From a virus: 64,000 nt of DNA. Position 1 is the stretch's first letter. Each line of letters begins with the position of its first letter. Location: positions 32,001 to 96,000 of IMG/VR virus record IMGVR_UViG_3300036859_000816; one strand, written 5' to 3'. Shown here piece after piece: positions 1-9,417 of the stretch. The translations under genes were made by a program, and so were the position numbers. Under the pieces are notes generated by a model, which was not told the origin of the DNA, did no database searches, and saw only the letters and a program-made list of their open reading frames with translations.

Positions 1-1
1 A

Positions 2-229
2 GTTTTTAAGGCGCTGCTCACGGACTACAAACACGTCGTCTCAGCATCACTCGAGCATTTGGACGGTGTTGCAAAAAAGGAAAGCGAAAAAAAGATTGCT
101 CTGATCGACAAAGCGCTCGTGCGCATTAACGAGCTGACGCTCAGCGAAGATGCGCCTCCGGATGAGCATGAAGATGAAGAGGACGACAATGAGGACGACG
201 AGGAAGAGGACGTCGACAAATCGAACTGA
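2..229 (+). CDS. 3' end of hypothetical protein with acidic tail (truncated by window)
   Basis: Frame 2 is open from base 2 (VFKALLTDYK...DEHEDEEDDNEDDEEEDVDKSN*); its TGA overlaps the ATG at 229 (TGATG). Confidence 0.7.
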   Translation, partial: VFKALLTDYKHVVSASLEHLDGVAKKESEKKIALIDKALVRINELTLSEDAPPDEHEDEEDDNEDDEEEDVDKSN

Positions 230-2715
230 TGACTACGCCCGCCGACATTGCACGACCCGCTGATGAATCGAATGATGACGGGCAGAAGTTAAGCGGGCCC
301 TTTTCATCGACGGACCTGGCGGCAAAGAAGCGTCGAAAAACAGACCCGGAAGAGAACGCCGCTTTTCTTAGCGAACATCTCGACGCAACCCTGCCTCGCA
401 AAGATGAACAAACCGCTCGGGAAGCGGCTCCCGCCATCGTGAGTACGGGAACGGCGGAAGCGACGCCGCCAGCCGAGATCAATCGTCAGCTGCGCGACCA
501 ACCGACCGTCGATGCCGTCGTCGATCTAGATGAAGAAAAGCTCGACAAGTTCTGTAAAAATTTTCAGGATCTGTTTAAGAAACAAATCGACGGCGAGAAC
601 TTCTACATCGATGTCATTCGTCGCAAGCCGGCGAGCTGGCAAGGTATTACGACTAAGGGTTCGCAGCATCGCATCGAACGACCGATGACCATCGAGGAGT
701 TTGCACAGCTCTACGGTGGCGAGGAGTACGTGCTGCAGGTCTATGGCAAGTCGAAGAGGGGACCCGTACTCAAAGACGTGAACGGTAAGCTCATCGGCAT
801 TGCGCGCACGACTCCGGTTATCGTCAACATACCGGGAAGAGACCCAAATCCGTATACTGCCGTCGGCTACGCCGAACATGGAAGCGATGACATGACCAAT
901 CCAAGCATTCCACTTGTAACGGCTCCCATGGCTCGCGTACGCGACTCAGAGCTCAAACACGAAGAGGTCATGGACGAACGGCGCGATCAGCGTGAGCAGC
1001 GCGCCGACGAGCGTCGCCGCCGAGAACTCGACAAGGTACGCGAAGAAGAGCGCGGCAAGATGGACGTCAGTCTGCAAATCCTCATGAAGCAGATGGACGA
1101 AAAGAGTGCGCAGATCGCGACCCTTACAAAGAAGCTCGAAGACCGCGGTGAGGATCGCAAAGCGGACATGCAGGGCATCGCGGCGGTGATTTCGGCGACG
1201 AGACCTGCGCACGATCCGCAGGAATCCAAGACACTCCAAGAGCTACAGAACAAACTGAGCGAGCAGCATAAAGACGAGATCAAGACGCTCATGGCGTCGC
1301 ATGCCACCGAGCTCAAAGCGGTGCAGGATCTACAAGTCAAGCTCAGTGAACAGCACACTGCCGAGATTACTCGGTTGCGCGAAGGGTACGCGGCCGAGTT
1401 GACGCGGCTACGCGAGGAACAGGGCAAAGAGCTCAGGCGCGTCGATGAATTGCGCGCGGAACAACGCAAGGACTCGGACAAGGCAATCAAAGAATCCGAA
1501 GAACGGATGGCGCAGCGAATCAAGGATGTCGAAGAGCGCGCGCGTCAGGACGTCGCCGCTGCGCGAGCGGACGTCGCCGACGCCAAGTCCGATGGCGATC
1601 GACGAGTCAACGACATAAAGGATCGCTTCGAGGATCGTATCAAGGATCTGGACCGCAATCACAAGCGCGAGATCGATGGCAGTCGAGAGCGGTGGGAGTT
1701 GCAGCTCTCCAACGAAAAGACTGCGCTCGAGACGCGCCTCGCTATCAAGGACCAAGAAATCCTACGTCTACAGGAAGAGCTCGAAACCGCTCGCGAGGAA
1801 GCGAAGAAGCCACTGACCGACCGCATCAATGAAGTCGCCGCCGCCGCCGAGGCGCTCGGGTACGGCAAGAACGAACCGGAGCAAAAAGACTGGAAACAGA
1901 TGGCGCTCGAGGTCGGCGGCAACCTCGTGTCGAATCTACCGGAGCTGCTACGCTCCGCTGGCGATACGATTACAAAAATGCGCCAGCAGCCGACGCCGCA
2001 ACAGATGGTTGCTTACACACAAGCTCAACAAGCGCAGATGCAGACGGCAGCCGGCGCACGTGCCGTGCAGTTGGCCGGCACGGCCTTGCCGCCACCGTTG
2101 CGAGGACCCGCAGGCGCATTGGCGGGGCCGCGTGGCGGCTTCGCTACCGAAGACGGACCGGAATTCGAAGGCGCGCGCGGGATGCGGTCGCCGATCATGC
2201 CGGCAGATGCGAGCGTGCCGACCATGGGCCGCGTACCAGCACCCCAGCCGCCTACGGCACCGGCGCCGCGGGCGGCGATGCCCTACGCAATGCAACAGCA
2301 CGTCCAGCCCATGCAGCCGGCGCGCATGCCAGTTCAACCGATGCAACCGGTCCAACCGGCACCGGTCGCCGCGGCCGTCCCTCAACCGGCAGAGCCGCCC
2401 GCTCCGACCGAAGCGCCAGCCAGCGAACCCGGACAACCCGGCACACTGCGATTCACCAATGAACAAGTGCTCGAATTTCGTCCACTCTTCGAAGCCGCTC
2501 TCAAGCAGGGCGCATCGCCTACGGAAGTCGCTGACTATCTCGTGCGCACGTACAATCGTGAACGCGTCGCCAAGGTTCTGCCTTTCATCGAACCGGGTTA
2601 TTTGCTGAACGTACTGCAGGAGAACGGCTTCGATCGTAGCCCGCTCTGTCGCCGCGACGGCCAGAAGTTTCTGCGGGAAACGTACGCGGTACTCCAACAG
2701 CGCTGCGCAGGATAG
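229..2715 (+). CDS. Large coiled-coil protein with Pro/Gln-rich linker and small C-terminal helical domain
   Basis: 828-aa ORF; E/K/R/Q-rich heptad-like region ~aa 240-530; Pro/Ala/Gln-rich region; coupled start. Confidence 0.85.
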   Translation: MTTPADIARPADESNDDGQKLSGPFSSTDLAAKKRRKTDPEENAAFLSEHLDATLPRKDEQTAREAAPAIVSTGTAEATPPAEINRQLRDQPTVDAVVDLDEEKLDKFCKNFQDLFKKQIDGENFYIDVIRRKPASWQGITTKGSQHRIERPMTIEEFAQLYGGEEYVLQVYGKSKRGPVLKDVNGKLIGIARTTPVIVNIPGRDPNPYTAVGYAEHGSDDMTNPSIPLVTAPMARVRDSELKHEEVMDERRDQREQRADERRRRELDKVREEERGKMDVSLQILMKQMDEKSAQIATLTKKLEDRGEDRKADMQGIAAVISATRPAHDPQESKTLQELQNKLSEQHKDEIKTLMASHATELKAVQDLQVKLSEQHTAEITRLREGYAAELTRLREEQGKELRRVDELRAEQRKDSDKAIKESEERMAQRIKDVEERARQDVAAARADVADAKSDGDRRVNDIKDRFEDRIKDLDRNHKREIDGSRERWELQLSNEKTALETRLAIKDQEILRLQEELETAREEAKKPLTDRINEVAAAAEALGYGKNEPEQKDWKQMALEVGGNLVSNLPELLRSAGDTITKMRQQPTPQQMVAYTQAQQAQMQTAAGARAVQLAGTALPPPLRGPAGALAGPRGGFATEDGPEFEGARGMRSPIMPADASVPTMGRVPAPQPPTAPAPRAAMPYAMQQHVQPMQPARMPVQPMQPVQPAPVAAAVPQPAEPPAPTEAPASEPGQPGTLRFTNEQVLEFRPLFEAALKQGASPTEVADYLVRTYNRERVAKVLPFIEPGYLLNVLQENGFDRSPLCRRDGQKFLRETYAVLQQRCAG

Positions 2716-2724
2716 GTTGTTGTC

Positions 2725-3009
2725 ATGTACTTGAGCCGTTATGTCCTTGAACAGATTGAACTGAACCTCAGTCTACGGTTTCGAGTGCAAACCGATCCGC
2801 CGGAGCTCGCCCAGCAGATTGTGTCCAGCTATGGCGCAGATTTCATGCGTACGTTCGTGGAGGAAACCACGCCGGCAGGCTTGATCGAATCCTTCAAAGA
2901 AACGCACAAGACCGATAGCGTGTTCTACACGGACGACGGACGACGATTCATCGAAGAGCTGTATGTCGAAGTGCGCAAACTTGCACCGCCCGCGGAGACT
3001 ACGTCGTAA
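2725..3009 (+). CDS. Small protein paralogous to the C-terminal domain of the 828-aa protein
   Basis: PPELAQQIVSSY...DSVFYTDDGRRFIEELY aligns by eye with PTEVADYLVRTY...RSPLCRRDGQKFLRETY. Confidence 0.7.
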   Translation: MYLSRYVLEQIELNLSLRFRVQTDPPELAQQIVSSYGADFMRTFVEETTPAGLIESFKETHKTDSVFYTDDGRRFIEELYVEVRKLAPPAETTS

Positions 3010-3733
3010 CCAGCATCTGCCAGTAGTCACCGGGCTCGTTCGTTCGATAGATGGGAACGAGCTGTCGATTGCGGATTTCATACAAACGCAAAGGATCGGG
3101 GTGGTGCGCGACGCTCGCGGCAGTGTAGACCTGACCCAAGTCGAGCGCGCGATGGTCATGACCGCAGCAGATGGAGACGTGCGGACCGCGTTGCAATAGA
3201 GCATTGATCTGGTTACGGTTCGTTAGACCTTCAAACAATTGCAGAGGATGCAGTTGCGGTCCGTGATGCATTGCAATGACGATGGACCGATTCGGCGCAG
3301 TGCCAGGATGAGTCAAGGCGTCAAGCAGTCCCAGTTGCGGCGCATCGACGTTGCCCAGAGCCCAGAACAATGGCGGGCGGCGCGAGAGAGTCGTATCGAT
3401 CGGGACGAGTAGCGCGTCCCCGAAGTCGAGGACCTTTCCCGGCCAGCTCGTGGCGCAAAAGCGGCGCAGTGGTCCGCGCAGCATTTTTCGCCAGCGCTCC
3501 GGCCCTCCATCGTGGTTGCCGGCGACGAGCGTCACGGATTCACTCGGCCAATCCGATAGCGCGCACGCCAGTTCGACAAACTGATGATGTTTGCCCCAAG
3601 CAGTGAGGTCGCCGGTGAGCAGCAGATGGTCGCAGCCGCTATATCGCGCTTGATCGAGCGCACGCAGAAACCGGTGATGCCGTTCGGGATTACCGTTTAA
3701 ATGCACGTCCGACAGTTGTGCAAAGCGCGTCAT
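2999..3733 (-). CDS. Calcineurin-like metallophosphoesterase (CpdA/Icc-like)
   Basis: Motifs SDVH, TGDL, GNHD, MHH, GHDH in canonical order. Confidence 0.9.
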   Translation of the reverse strand: MTRFAQLSDVHLNGNPERHHRFLRALDQARYSGCDHLLLTGDLTAWGKHHQFVELACALSDWPSESVTLVAGNHDGGPERWRKMLRGPLRRFCATSWPGKVLDFGDALLVPIDTTLSRRPPLFWALGNVDAPQLGLLDALTHPGTAPNRSIVIAMHHGPQLHPLQLFEGLTNRNQINALLQRGPHVSICCGHDHRALDLGQVYTAASVAHHPDPLRLYEIRNRQLVPIYRTNEPGDYWQMLVTT

Positions 3734-4794
3734 GAGCAGACCTCAGCAAGAGCCTGTCGAACCGAATGCAAAAGTTCGCGGTTGTCATCATGTTGAAAAG
3801 TACTCAATCGCGCTCGATACATCGGCAACCGCCATAGAAACCGGCGTAAGCGATCAGCTGTCAGTTGGGCGCACCGTTCACCGAAGCCGAGGCGTGCCAA
3901 GTAGTTCGCGTTTAGGATCTGTTCGAAGTGACCGGCGAACGGTACCGCGAGCATCGGTTTACCGAGATAGATGGCCTCGGTCATGACCGTAAATCCGGCA
4001 CCAGCAATCACCGCTTGCGCACTTGCAACATCAGCAATGAAGGCTGCGTCGGAGAACGGACAGAGTGTCACATTGCGACTCTGAATCGGTTGCGTCAGAC
4101 CCTGCATACCGTAGGCGCGACATGGCACGCCGACTTGATGCATGACATCGGTCAGCTGAGCATGATCGGCCTTGGCATTGAAGTAAGTGATGACGTGGTT
4201 GCCCGGCAGAGCTGCACGCGCACGGAGAATCTCAGGGCGCAGAATCGGTAAATGCAGACTCGTTTGATCGCGACACACGGGCGCGTAGGCGAAGGTCGTC
4301 ACAAGGTAACGTTGAGCATACGGCACAAGATTGTCGACAATGGGATACATCAGTGCGGCCGCAGCTCGATCGTGCATCGTCACCTCATGCGGATGCGTGC
4401 AGCGATTCATGAAGTGAATGTTGTCGACAGCAATCAAGGGTATGCCCGTTAGATGGGCATAGCGTGCCGACCAGGGCTCGAAGTCACTGATGACGACGTC
4501 GGGTTGCACCGCTAACGAAGCATTAAGTAGCGCAAGAAAATTCAGTGGAGCTGCAACAAGCGACTTTACTGAGTTCATGAACAAGGTCGCTTCAGGACAC
4601 ACCTTGTTCTGTTTGATGACCGCGCCCAAACCCATGACGGGAAACGCAGGCCAGCGGCGCTTGAGATAACGGAGTGCGGGACCCGATGAAGCGAACGTAA
4701 CCGAGTGGCCGAGCGTCTGCAGATGCTCGGCGACAACATCCGAACGCATGGCGTGGCCCATGCCTTCACCGCATGCGCCGTACAGAATTTTCAT
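3730..4794 (-). CDS. GT-B glycosyltransferase (MJ1255/GT28-like)
   Basis: N-terminal MKILYG-GEGMGHAMRS, SDFEP, C-terminal GAGFTVMTEAIYLGKP...HFEQILNA. Confidence 0.9.
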   Translation of the reverse strand: MKILYGACGEGMGHAMRSDVVAEHLQTLGHSVTFASSGPALRYLKRRWPAFPVMGLGAVIKQNKVCPEATLFMNSVKSLVAAPLNFLALLNASLAVQPDVVISDFEPWSARYAHLTGIPLIAVDNIHFMNRCTHPHEVTMHDRAAAALMYPIVDNLVPYAQRYLVTTFAYAPVCRDQTSLHLPILRPEILRARAALPGNHVITYFNAKADHAQLTDVMHQVGVPCRAYGMQGLTQPIQSRNVTLCPFSDAAFIADVASAQAVIAGAGFTVMTEAIYLGKPMLAVPFAGHFEQILNANYLARLGFGERCAQLTADRLRRFLWRLPMYRARLSTFQHDDNRELLHSVRQALAEVCS

Positions 4795-5048
4795 TGCCTC
4801 GCCGAACGTCGGTTCACGTAGCTGTAGCCAATGATGGCGACGAGTCCGAGTAGCCCAGCCACTCCGGTTGCCACCGCTCCGCCGACAGCATAACCGAAGC
4901 GCTGACGATCAGTCGGAGCGGCGAAGTAGCCGGCAGCGGCACCGAGTGTGCCATCAACCAAAAATGATCCTGTCGATTGCGTGATGCCACGCAAGGCTAT
5001 GCCGGACAGACCATCAGGCGGAACCGTTACGAGCTGCGTTGTAACCAC
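4791..5048 (-). CDS. Small Gly-rich membrane protein
   Basis: Hydrophobic GxxxG-rich segments plus basic tail RRSARQ; ATGA coupling to the GT gene. Confidence 0.7.
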   Translation of the reverse strand: MVTTQLVTVPPDGLSGIALRGITQSTGSFLVDGTLGAAAGYFAAPTDRQRFGYAVGGAVATGVAGLLGLVAIIGYSYVNRRSARQ

Positions 5049-5323
5049 TGTTTCAAATCCTCGCCTATTCGGTAACCAAAGGCGCCGCCGATCAGAATGC
5101 CCGCGAGAGCTCCATTGCGAGCCCAGATCATGGTGCGCGGCGAATCGGTCACATAGCCCGCGGCGCCGCCGATTAGAGCGCCCGAGATCAATCCATACAC
5201 GGCTCCGATGCCACTGAGGCTCGCTGTTGGTGCTGACACAGCCGCATCGGCAAGTGGCCCAAGACCCGACCTAGCGGGAAGCGGCGGCGGAACGCGAGTG
5301 GGGACCAATGCGGACGGAACCAT
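5027..5323 (-). CDS. Small Gly-rich membrane protein with SGLG/LSGIG motifs
   Basis: Two Gly-zipper hydrophobic helices; upstream promoter-like sequence. Confidence 0.7.
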   Translation of the reverse strand: MVPSALVPTRVPPPLPARSGLGPLADAAVSAPTASLSGIGAVYGLISGALIGGAAGYVTDSPRTMIWARNGALAGILIGGAFGYRIGEDLKQWLQRSS

Positions 5324-5333
5324 CTAGGCGATC

Positions 5334-5409
5334 AGAATAGCGGCGCCACCAAGAGTCGCGCAACTATTCGAGCTGAAATTTGCCCGAGCGCGGCCTGCGC
5401 CTGTAACGT
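5334..5409. promoter_or_regulatory. Divergent sigma70-like promoter pair
   Basis: - strand TTGCGC(5363-5358)-N18-TATTCT(5339-5334); + strand TTGCCC(5380-5385)-N18-TAACGT(5404-5409), 6 nt before GTG 5416. Confidence 0.55.
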
Positions 5410-5415
5410 AGCAGC

Positions 5416-5961
5416 GTGGTCGCCATTGCCGCACAACCCATCGCCGATGCGCCGCCATTCGTGCGGTCACGCTTCGGAGGACCGGTTCATACGATTCAGG
5501 TCATGCAGCAGATGTGTGTGGGCCCACGTGGCGAGCGGTCGATGTTGCTGCATTCGCTCCGCAACTACATCGTGCGAGAGCTCCAGCCCAAGGATTACCT
5601 GAGCGAGATTTTAGCCGTCCGGAACTTCGCCAGTGAGCACATTCGCTACTCCAACGATCCGCTGACCGAAGAGCAAGTGCAGGATCCCGAACGCATTACC
5701 GAACAGATCATCAAGTTCGGCAAAGCAGCAGGGGACTGCGACGACCTGGCTCTATGGATTGCAGCAATCTCTCGTCAGCTCGGTCGTGAGGCGCAATTCG
5801 TGACCGTCGGCTTCGAAGCGCCCGGACGCTACAGTCACGTCTTTACGCGCGTAAAGGAACCCAAGAGCGGACAATGGATCGTCTGCGATCCAGTAGCGGG
5901 TTCGAATGAAGCGGCGATGCTGCGCCGTGTGAAGACCTTTCATGTTTGGGATATTCGCTAA
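5416..5961 (+). CDS. Transglutaminase-like (papain-fold) cysteine enzyme, candidate virion maturation protease
   Basis: Cys-His-Asp triad pattern GDCDD...YSHVF...WIVCDP. Confidence 0.85.
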   Translation: MVAIAAQPIADAPPFVRSRFGGPVHTIQVMQQMCVGPRGERSMLLHSLRNYIVRELQPKDYLSEILAVRNFASEHIRYSNDPLTEEQVQDPERITEQIIKFGKAAGDCDDLALWIAAISRQLGREAQFVTVGFEAPGRYSHVFTRVKEPKSGQWIVCDPVAGSNEAAMLRRVKTFHVWDIR

Positions 5962-6845
5962 TGGCATACATTTCGACACTCATTCCGGTTACATTCGTGC
6001 GATCGATCCAAGGCTTGGGCGTAACGCAGAGCGAATACAATGCGTGCCTGGCGGCGCAAGCTGCGTACCAAAGGGATCTTTCTGCTTGGAACACTGAGCA
6101 AGCGGCATACACCGCTGCCGTTTTGCAACGGCAGATAACCATTGCGGCGCAGACGGCGACATACAACGCAGCCTACGCGGCGTATGTGAGCGCGCACGAC
6201 CGATGGGTGAAAGCGAAGGCCACGTGGAACAGTTACTTGTCACAGCTCGCGAGTATTGCGGCCGGCTACGCAATGACGACCGCTCAGGTGACGGCAAAGT
6301 ACGGACAGATACTAAGCGGAACGCCGACATGCGTGCCGAAAGACTGGCACACCAAGCTCGCCAACGAATGTTACAACTACAGCAACCCGGTCAAGGGACT
6401 CGGCGCCTTTGATTGGCGCCAATACGAAACGCGCGAGCTCGCCTGCTTTGGTGCCGCACTGCCGACTTGTGTCGATCCGCCGCTGGCTCCGCCGCAACCG
6501 GGACCAGAGCCGATGCCGCCAGTCAAAGCGACGCCGCCTCCAGATGTGCTGCCGTTGCGACCCAAACCGACTGCGCCCTCCTCTTGCATTGCGCCTACGC
6601 CTGTAGCAGTGCCGGCGCCAGTAGTAGCAGTGCCGGCGCCAGTAGCAGTACCAGTCGTAATACCCAAGGCTCAGCCTGATGAAGGAATTAGGGTTGTCGC
6701 GCCAGCCGCGGAAGAAGCCGCTATGGCGCCAGCGGTTCCTATCGAAGCAAAAGCCGGCGGCGGTCTGCTCGTCGCGGGACTGCTGGTGCTCGCTGTAGGC
6801 GGTGGAATCTACCTCATGAGCCGCCGTCGTCCCGCAACAACGTGA
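5961..6845 (+). CDS. Putative virion protein, C-terminal TM anchor, Pro-rich stalk
   Basis: TAATG coupling at 5959-5963; IQGLGV and VKGLGA motifs; TM LLVAGLLVLAVGGGIYLM followed by RRR. Confidence 0.8.
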   Translation: MAYISTLIPVTFVRSIQGLGVTQSEYNACLAAQAAYQRDLSAWNTEQAAYTAAVLQRQITIAAQTATYNAAYAAYVSAHDRWVKAKATWNSYLSQLASIAAGYAMTTAQVTAKYGQILSGTPTCVPKDWHTKLANECYNYSNPVKGLGAFDWRQYETRELACFGAALPTCVDPPLAPPQPGPEPMPPVKATPPPDVLPLRPKPTAPSSCIAPTPVAVPAPVVAVPAPVAVPVVIPKAQPDEGIRVVAPAAEEAAMAPAVPIEAKAGGGLLVAGLLVLAVGGGIYLMSRRRPATT

Positions 6846-6849
6846 TTTT

Positions 6850-6879
6850 TTGCGCCTCAGAGCATCGGCGCCGTATGAT
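6850..6879 (+). promoter_or_regulatory. Promoter TTGCGC-N18-TATGAT
   Basis: Intergenic, preceded by a T-run, 14 nt upstream of ATG 6894. Confidence 0.6.
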
Positions 6880-6893
6880 CGAGGCGAAAGAAC

Positions 6894-7568
6894 ATGGGTC
6901 CGACCTACCCGAACTACCCGAGTCAGCCGTACCGCGGAGGACAGCTCCCGACGATGGAACAAGTCGGGCCGCCCGACACTCGCTACAGTTCCGGTACAGC
7001 ACCCTTCTATGAAAGCGGGATCGTTGGCATGTACGGACGGAACCTTGCGGGCACTGATGAGGGCGTTCAGGACGAAAAAGCGGAACCGGCCTGGGCATCC
7101 AATGAGCTCGAAATGTACGCGCGCCAGGACGACGTCCAGGGCAACGGCATTTTCGATCCGCCCGGCTCGCACCCTAACATTCATCCGGACGCGGGCGTGT
7201 TCTCCGTGAACTATTCGCTGCCGGGCTATCACGCGCGCGAGCGTCCGTTCTCGGAAACAGAGGTGCTGGACGTTACAACGGGTCGGCCGATTCGAGCCGT
7301 ACCGAGCGGAGCAGTGGCGATGGACAGCGCAGCGCAGATAGCATTTATCGAACGCGGATTGTATGCGCCGCCCTCGCCCATCGTCCGCGCGTCGTATCGC
7401 CAGCCCATGTACAGCGCATCGATCGCTAACGTCATGCAGAATGCCGTGCCCGTAGCCATGGGAGCGACGGAAACGGCGCAGAATCTTATTCCTGTGCTCA
7501 TCACCGCAGCATTGGCCGGTGGCGCGCTCGGCGCACTGATCGGTTGGATGACGCGAGGTAAGGCGTGA
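6894..7568 (+). CDS. Putative virion protein with C-terminal TM anchor
   Basis: 224 aa; GNGIFD motif; C-terminal LIPVLITAALAGGALGALIGWMTRGK. Confidence 0.8.
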   Translation: MGPTYPNYPSQPYRGGQLPTMEQVGPPDTRYSSGTAPFYESGIVGMYGRNLAGTDEGVQDEKAEPAWASNELEMYARQDDVQGNGIFDPPGSHPNIHPDAGVFSVNYSLPGYHARERPFSETEVLDVTTGRPIRAVPSGAVAMDSAAQIAFIERGLYAPPSPIVRASYRQPMYSASIANVMQNAVPVAMGATETAQNLIPVLITAALAGGALGALIGWMTRGKA

Positions 7569-8011
7569 AGCTATCGGCTTACGAACTTGGCCCCGTAGTG
7601 GAGTGGCCGATGAGTGGAGTCCATCCCGAGCTCGTACAGGCTTCGCTCTTGCCCCTGCGTTCGACGCCGCCCGCGCGGCCGATGGACGGATGGAATGGTA
7701 TGTCCGCTTACGAGCTTTGGCCGGCGTACGGTTTCGGTGCGCGCCGTCTGCGCCGCGCTTGGCCGCTCTATGGTGTTGGCGCAGAAGAGCCACCGCCGGG
7801 TGCTCCAGCTGAGCCCGCGCGTGAGGCCGCTCCGATCGGCAAAGGATTGTTCATCGGTGCGGCGTACGGCATTGCTATCGGCATGGTCGCAAGTGAGTTT
7901 GTGATGCGTAAGCCCGATGCCACGCAACAGCTCAAGCAAAACCATCAACTCGTGATGTTTGGCGCGCTGTTCGGTGCGGCCGTCGGCGCCTTTGGAGCGG
8001 TGCAAGCGTGA
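7565..8011 (+). CDS. Putative virion membrane protein (two TM)
   Basis: GTGA coupling; internal SAYEL repeat; YGFGA/YGVGA motifs; two hydrophobic helices. Confidence 0.75.
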   Translation: MKLSAYELGPVVEWPMSGVHPELVQASLLPLRSTPPARPMDGWNGMSAYELWPAYGFGARRLRRAWPLYGVGAEEPPPGAPAEPAREAAPIGKGLFIGAAYGIAIGMVASEFVMRKPDATQQLKQNHQLVMFGALFGAAVGAFGAVQA

Positions 8012-8394
8012 AAGACCCGAACCTGCAACGCATCTTCGGTCTTGGCGATAATCCCGATGGATTGGGCCAGAACTACGCGACGAGGGAAACCAGTGGACCG
8101 GGTTCCGGACTCGAGCACGTGCCGCTATATTCGCGTGGAGCGCCGACGCTGATCAATCACGGCGCTGCCAAGGTACTTGGTCAAGACGATACCACCGAAG
8201 GATTGGTTGCGGGACTGACCGGCTTAGTCGTGCGCGCAGGAGGCGGAGCCATCGTTGGAATGGCTCTCGCTCCGAGTAAGGACAAGTGGACGGTTTATGG
8301 AATCACTGGCGCGGTTCTAGGCGCGGTGTTCGGCACGCTCGGTATGATGGGTCAAGCGACATACGTTTTGTTGACGCGAGAAGGTCGACAATGA
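8008..8394 (+). CDS. Putative virion membrane protein
   Basis: GTGA coupling; IFGLGD and DGLGQ; Gly-rich hydrophobic helices. Confidence 0.75.
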   Translation: MKDPNLQRIFGLGDNPDGLGQNYATRETSGPGSGLEHVPLYSRGAPTLINHGAAKVLGQDDTTEGLVAGLTGLVVRAGGGAIVGMALAPSKDKWTVYGITGAVLGAVFGTLGMMGQATYVLLTREGRQ

Positions 8395-9416
8395 CGATGA
8401 ACCTACGCCGCAATTTGATGGGACCGTATCAGCGCGGTGTGCCCAGTCAATACGTCGTCCACTATCATCCGTGGCCAACGCGCTTCCATGGTCCGCTGTA
8501 TCAGCGTCCCGTTTTCAATTTCCCATGGATGAGCTCGCCGCAGAACGTCTTCAAGCCTGGTGATTTCTATCCCGGAGAACTCACCGAGGAGCAAATGTCA
8601 GTGCAAGGACTCGGAGCAGACAGTCGTTATCAAACTGGCCAAGAGGCGATGGCTTACAACGTAGGTCGCGGCATCTTCAAGCCGGGCGGTTACGGCGGCG
8701 GCATCTTTGATGGTAATCTATCCGGCGACAAAGTCGCTCGACCGCTCGGCACGCCGCAGCGTCGTCGACGGCGTCGTCGCGGCATGAGTGGCTTGGGTGC
8801 TGCAACGGGACCAGTGCCGTCGACATGCTGGGACAGCCAAGCGTTCAAAGATTGCCAAGCGCGCGTCTTTGCAAAAGCGCAAGGTGACTGTCCCAAGACG
8901 GGTTACCCGAATGCGGCATATCCGAGCTACGACGATTGCGTAAAGGATCTGGCTGCAACGTATGTAGGTCCATCAGCAGAATCGCTCACCTGCGTTTCGC
9001 AGTATTGCGGTGGTGCCGCAGCAAAAACTGCAACGGGCGCATATCCGTGGGGCACATACAGCGCGGAGACGTTACGAATTCAAAAGGAAACGAACACTGC
9101 GCTTGCGCTCAAGGGTTTCTGTCCCATTGTAGCTGACGGTAAACTTGGACCCGCCACATGCGGCGCACGCAAAGCGCTGAGCGACCTTGGTCTGAGTTTT
9201 CCTGTTCCTTCAACCTGCCAAAAATTCACGGCACCGACTAAACCGCCATGTCCAGGTGGAGCGCCGGGACCAGTATTCGAGCCGGGGAAAGGCATCACTA
9301 CGGCATCGATGCTGCCCGGTGCCGGTCCTGACTGGACGATGATCGCGGCATTCGGTGTCGGTGCCGTCGCAGTGCTCGGCATCGGATACTTTCTACTGAC
9401 TCGAAAGGAGCAATAA
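8391..9416 (+). CDS. Putative virion protein with peptidoglycan-binding-like domain and C-terminal TM
   Basis: ATGA coupling at 8391; IQKETN...VADGKLGPAT (PG_binding_1-like); R-run before MSGLGA; TM plus RK. Confidence 0.8.
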   Translation: MTMNLRRNLMGPYQRGVPSQYVVHYHPWPTRFHGPLYQRPVFNFPWMSSPQNVFKPGDFYPGELTEEQMSVQGLGADSRYQTGQEAMAYNVGRGIFKPGGYGGGIFDGNLSGDKVARPLGTPQRRRRRRRGMSGLGAATGPVPSTCWDSQAFKDCQARVFAKAQGDCPKTGYPNAAYPSYDDCVKDLAATYVGPSAESLTCVSQYCGGAAAKTATGAYPWGTYSAETLRIQKETNTALALKGFCPIVADGKLGPATCGARKALSDLGLSFPVPSTCQKFTAPTKPPCPGGAPGPVFEPGKGITTASMLPGAGPDWTMIAAFGVGAVAVLGIGYFLLTRKEQ

Positions 9417-9417
9417 G

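Noticed and set aside
229-2715. 828-aa protein as SMC ATPase or tail tape-measure protein
   Set aside because: No Walker A/B or signature motif, no tape-measure-like repeats or neighbouring tail genes
6312-7793. 493-aa - strand ORF and similar long antisense ORFs (1948-2697, 17529-18380, 20863-21588, 46897-47679)
   Set aside because: Antisense to well-supported coupled genes in GC-rich DNA; no recognisable motifs
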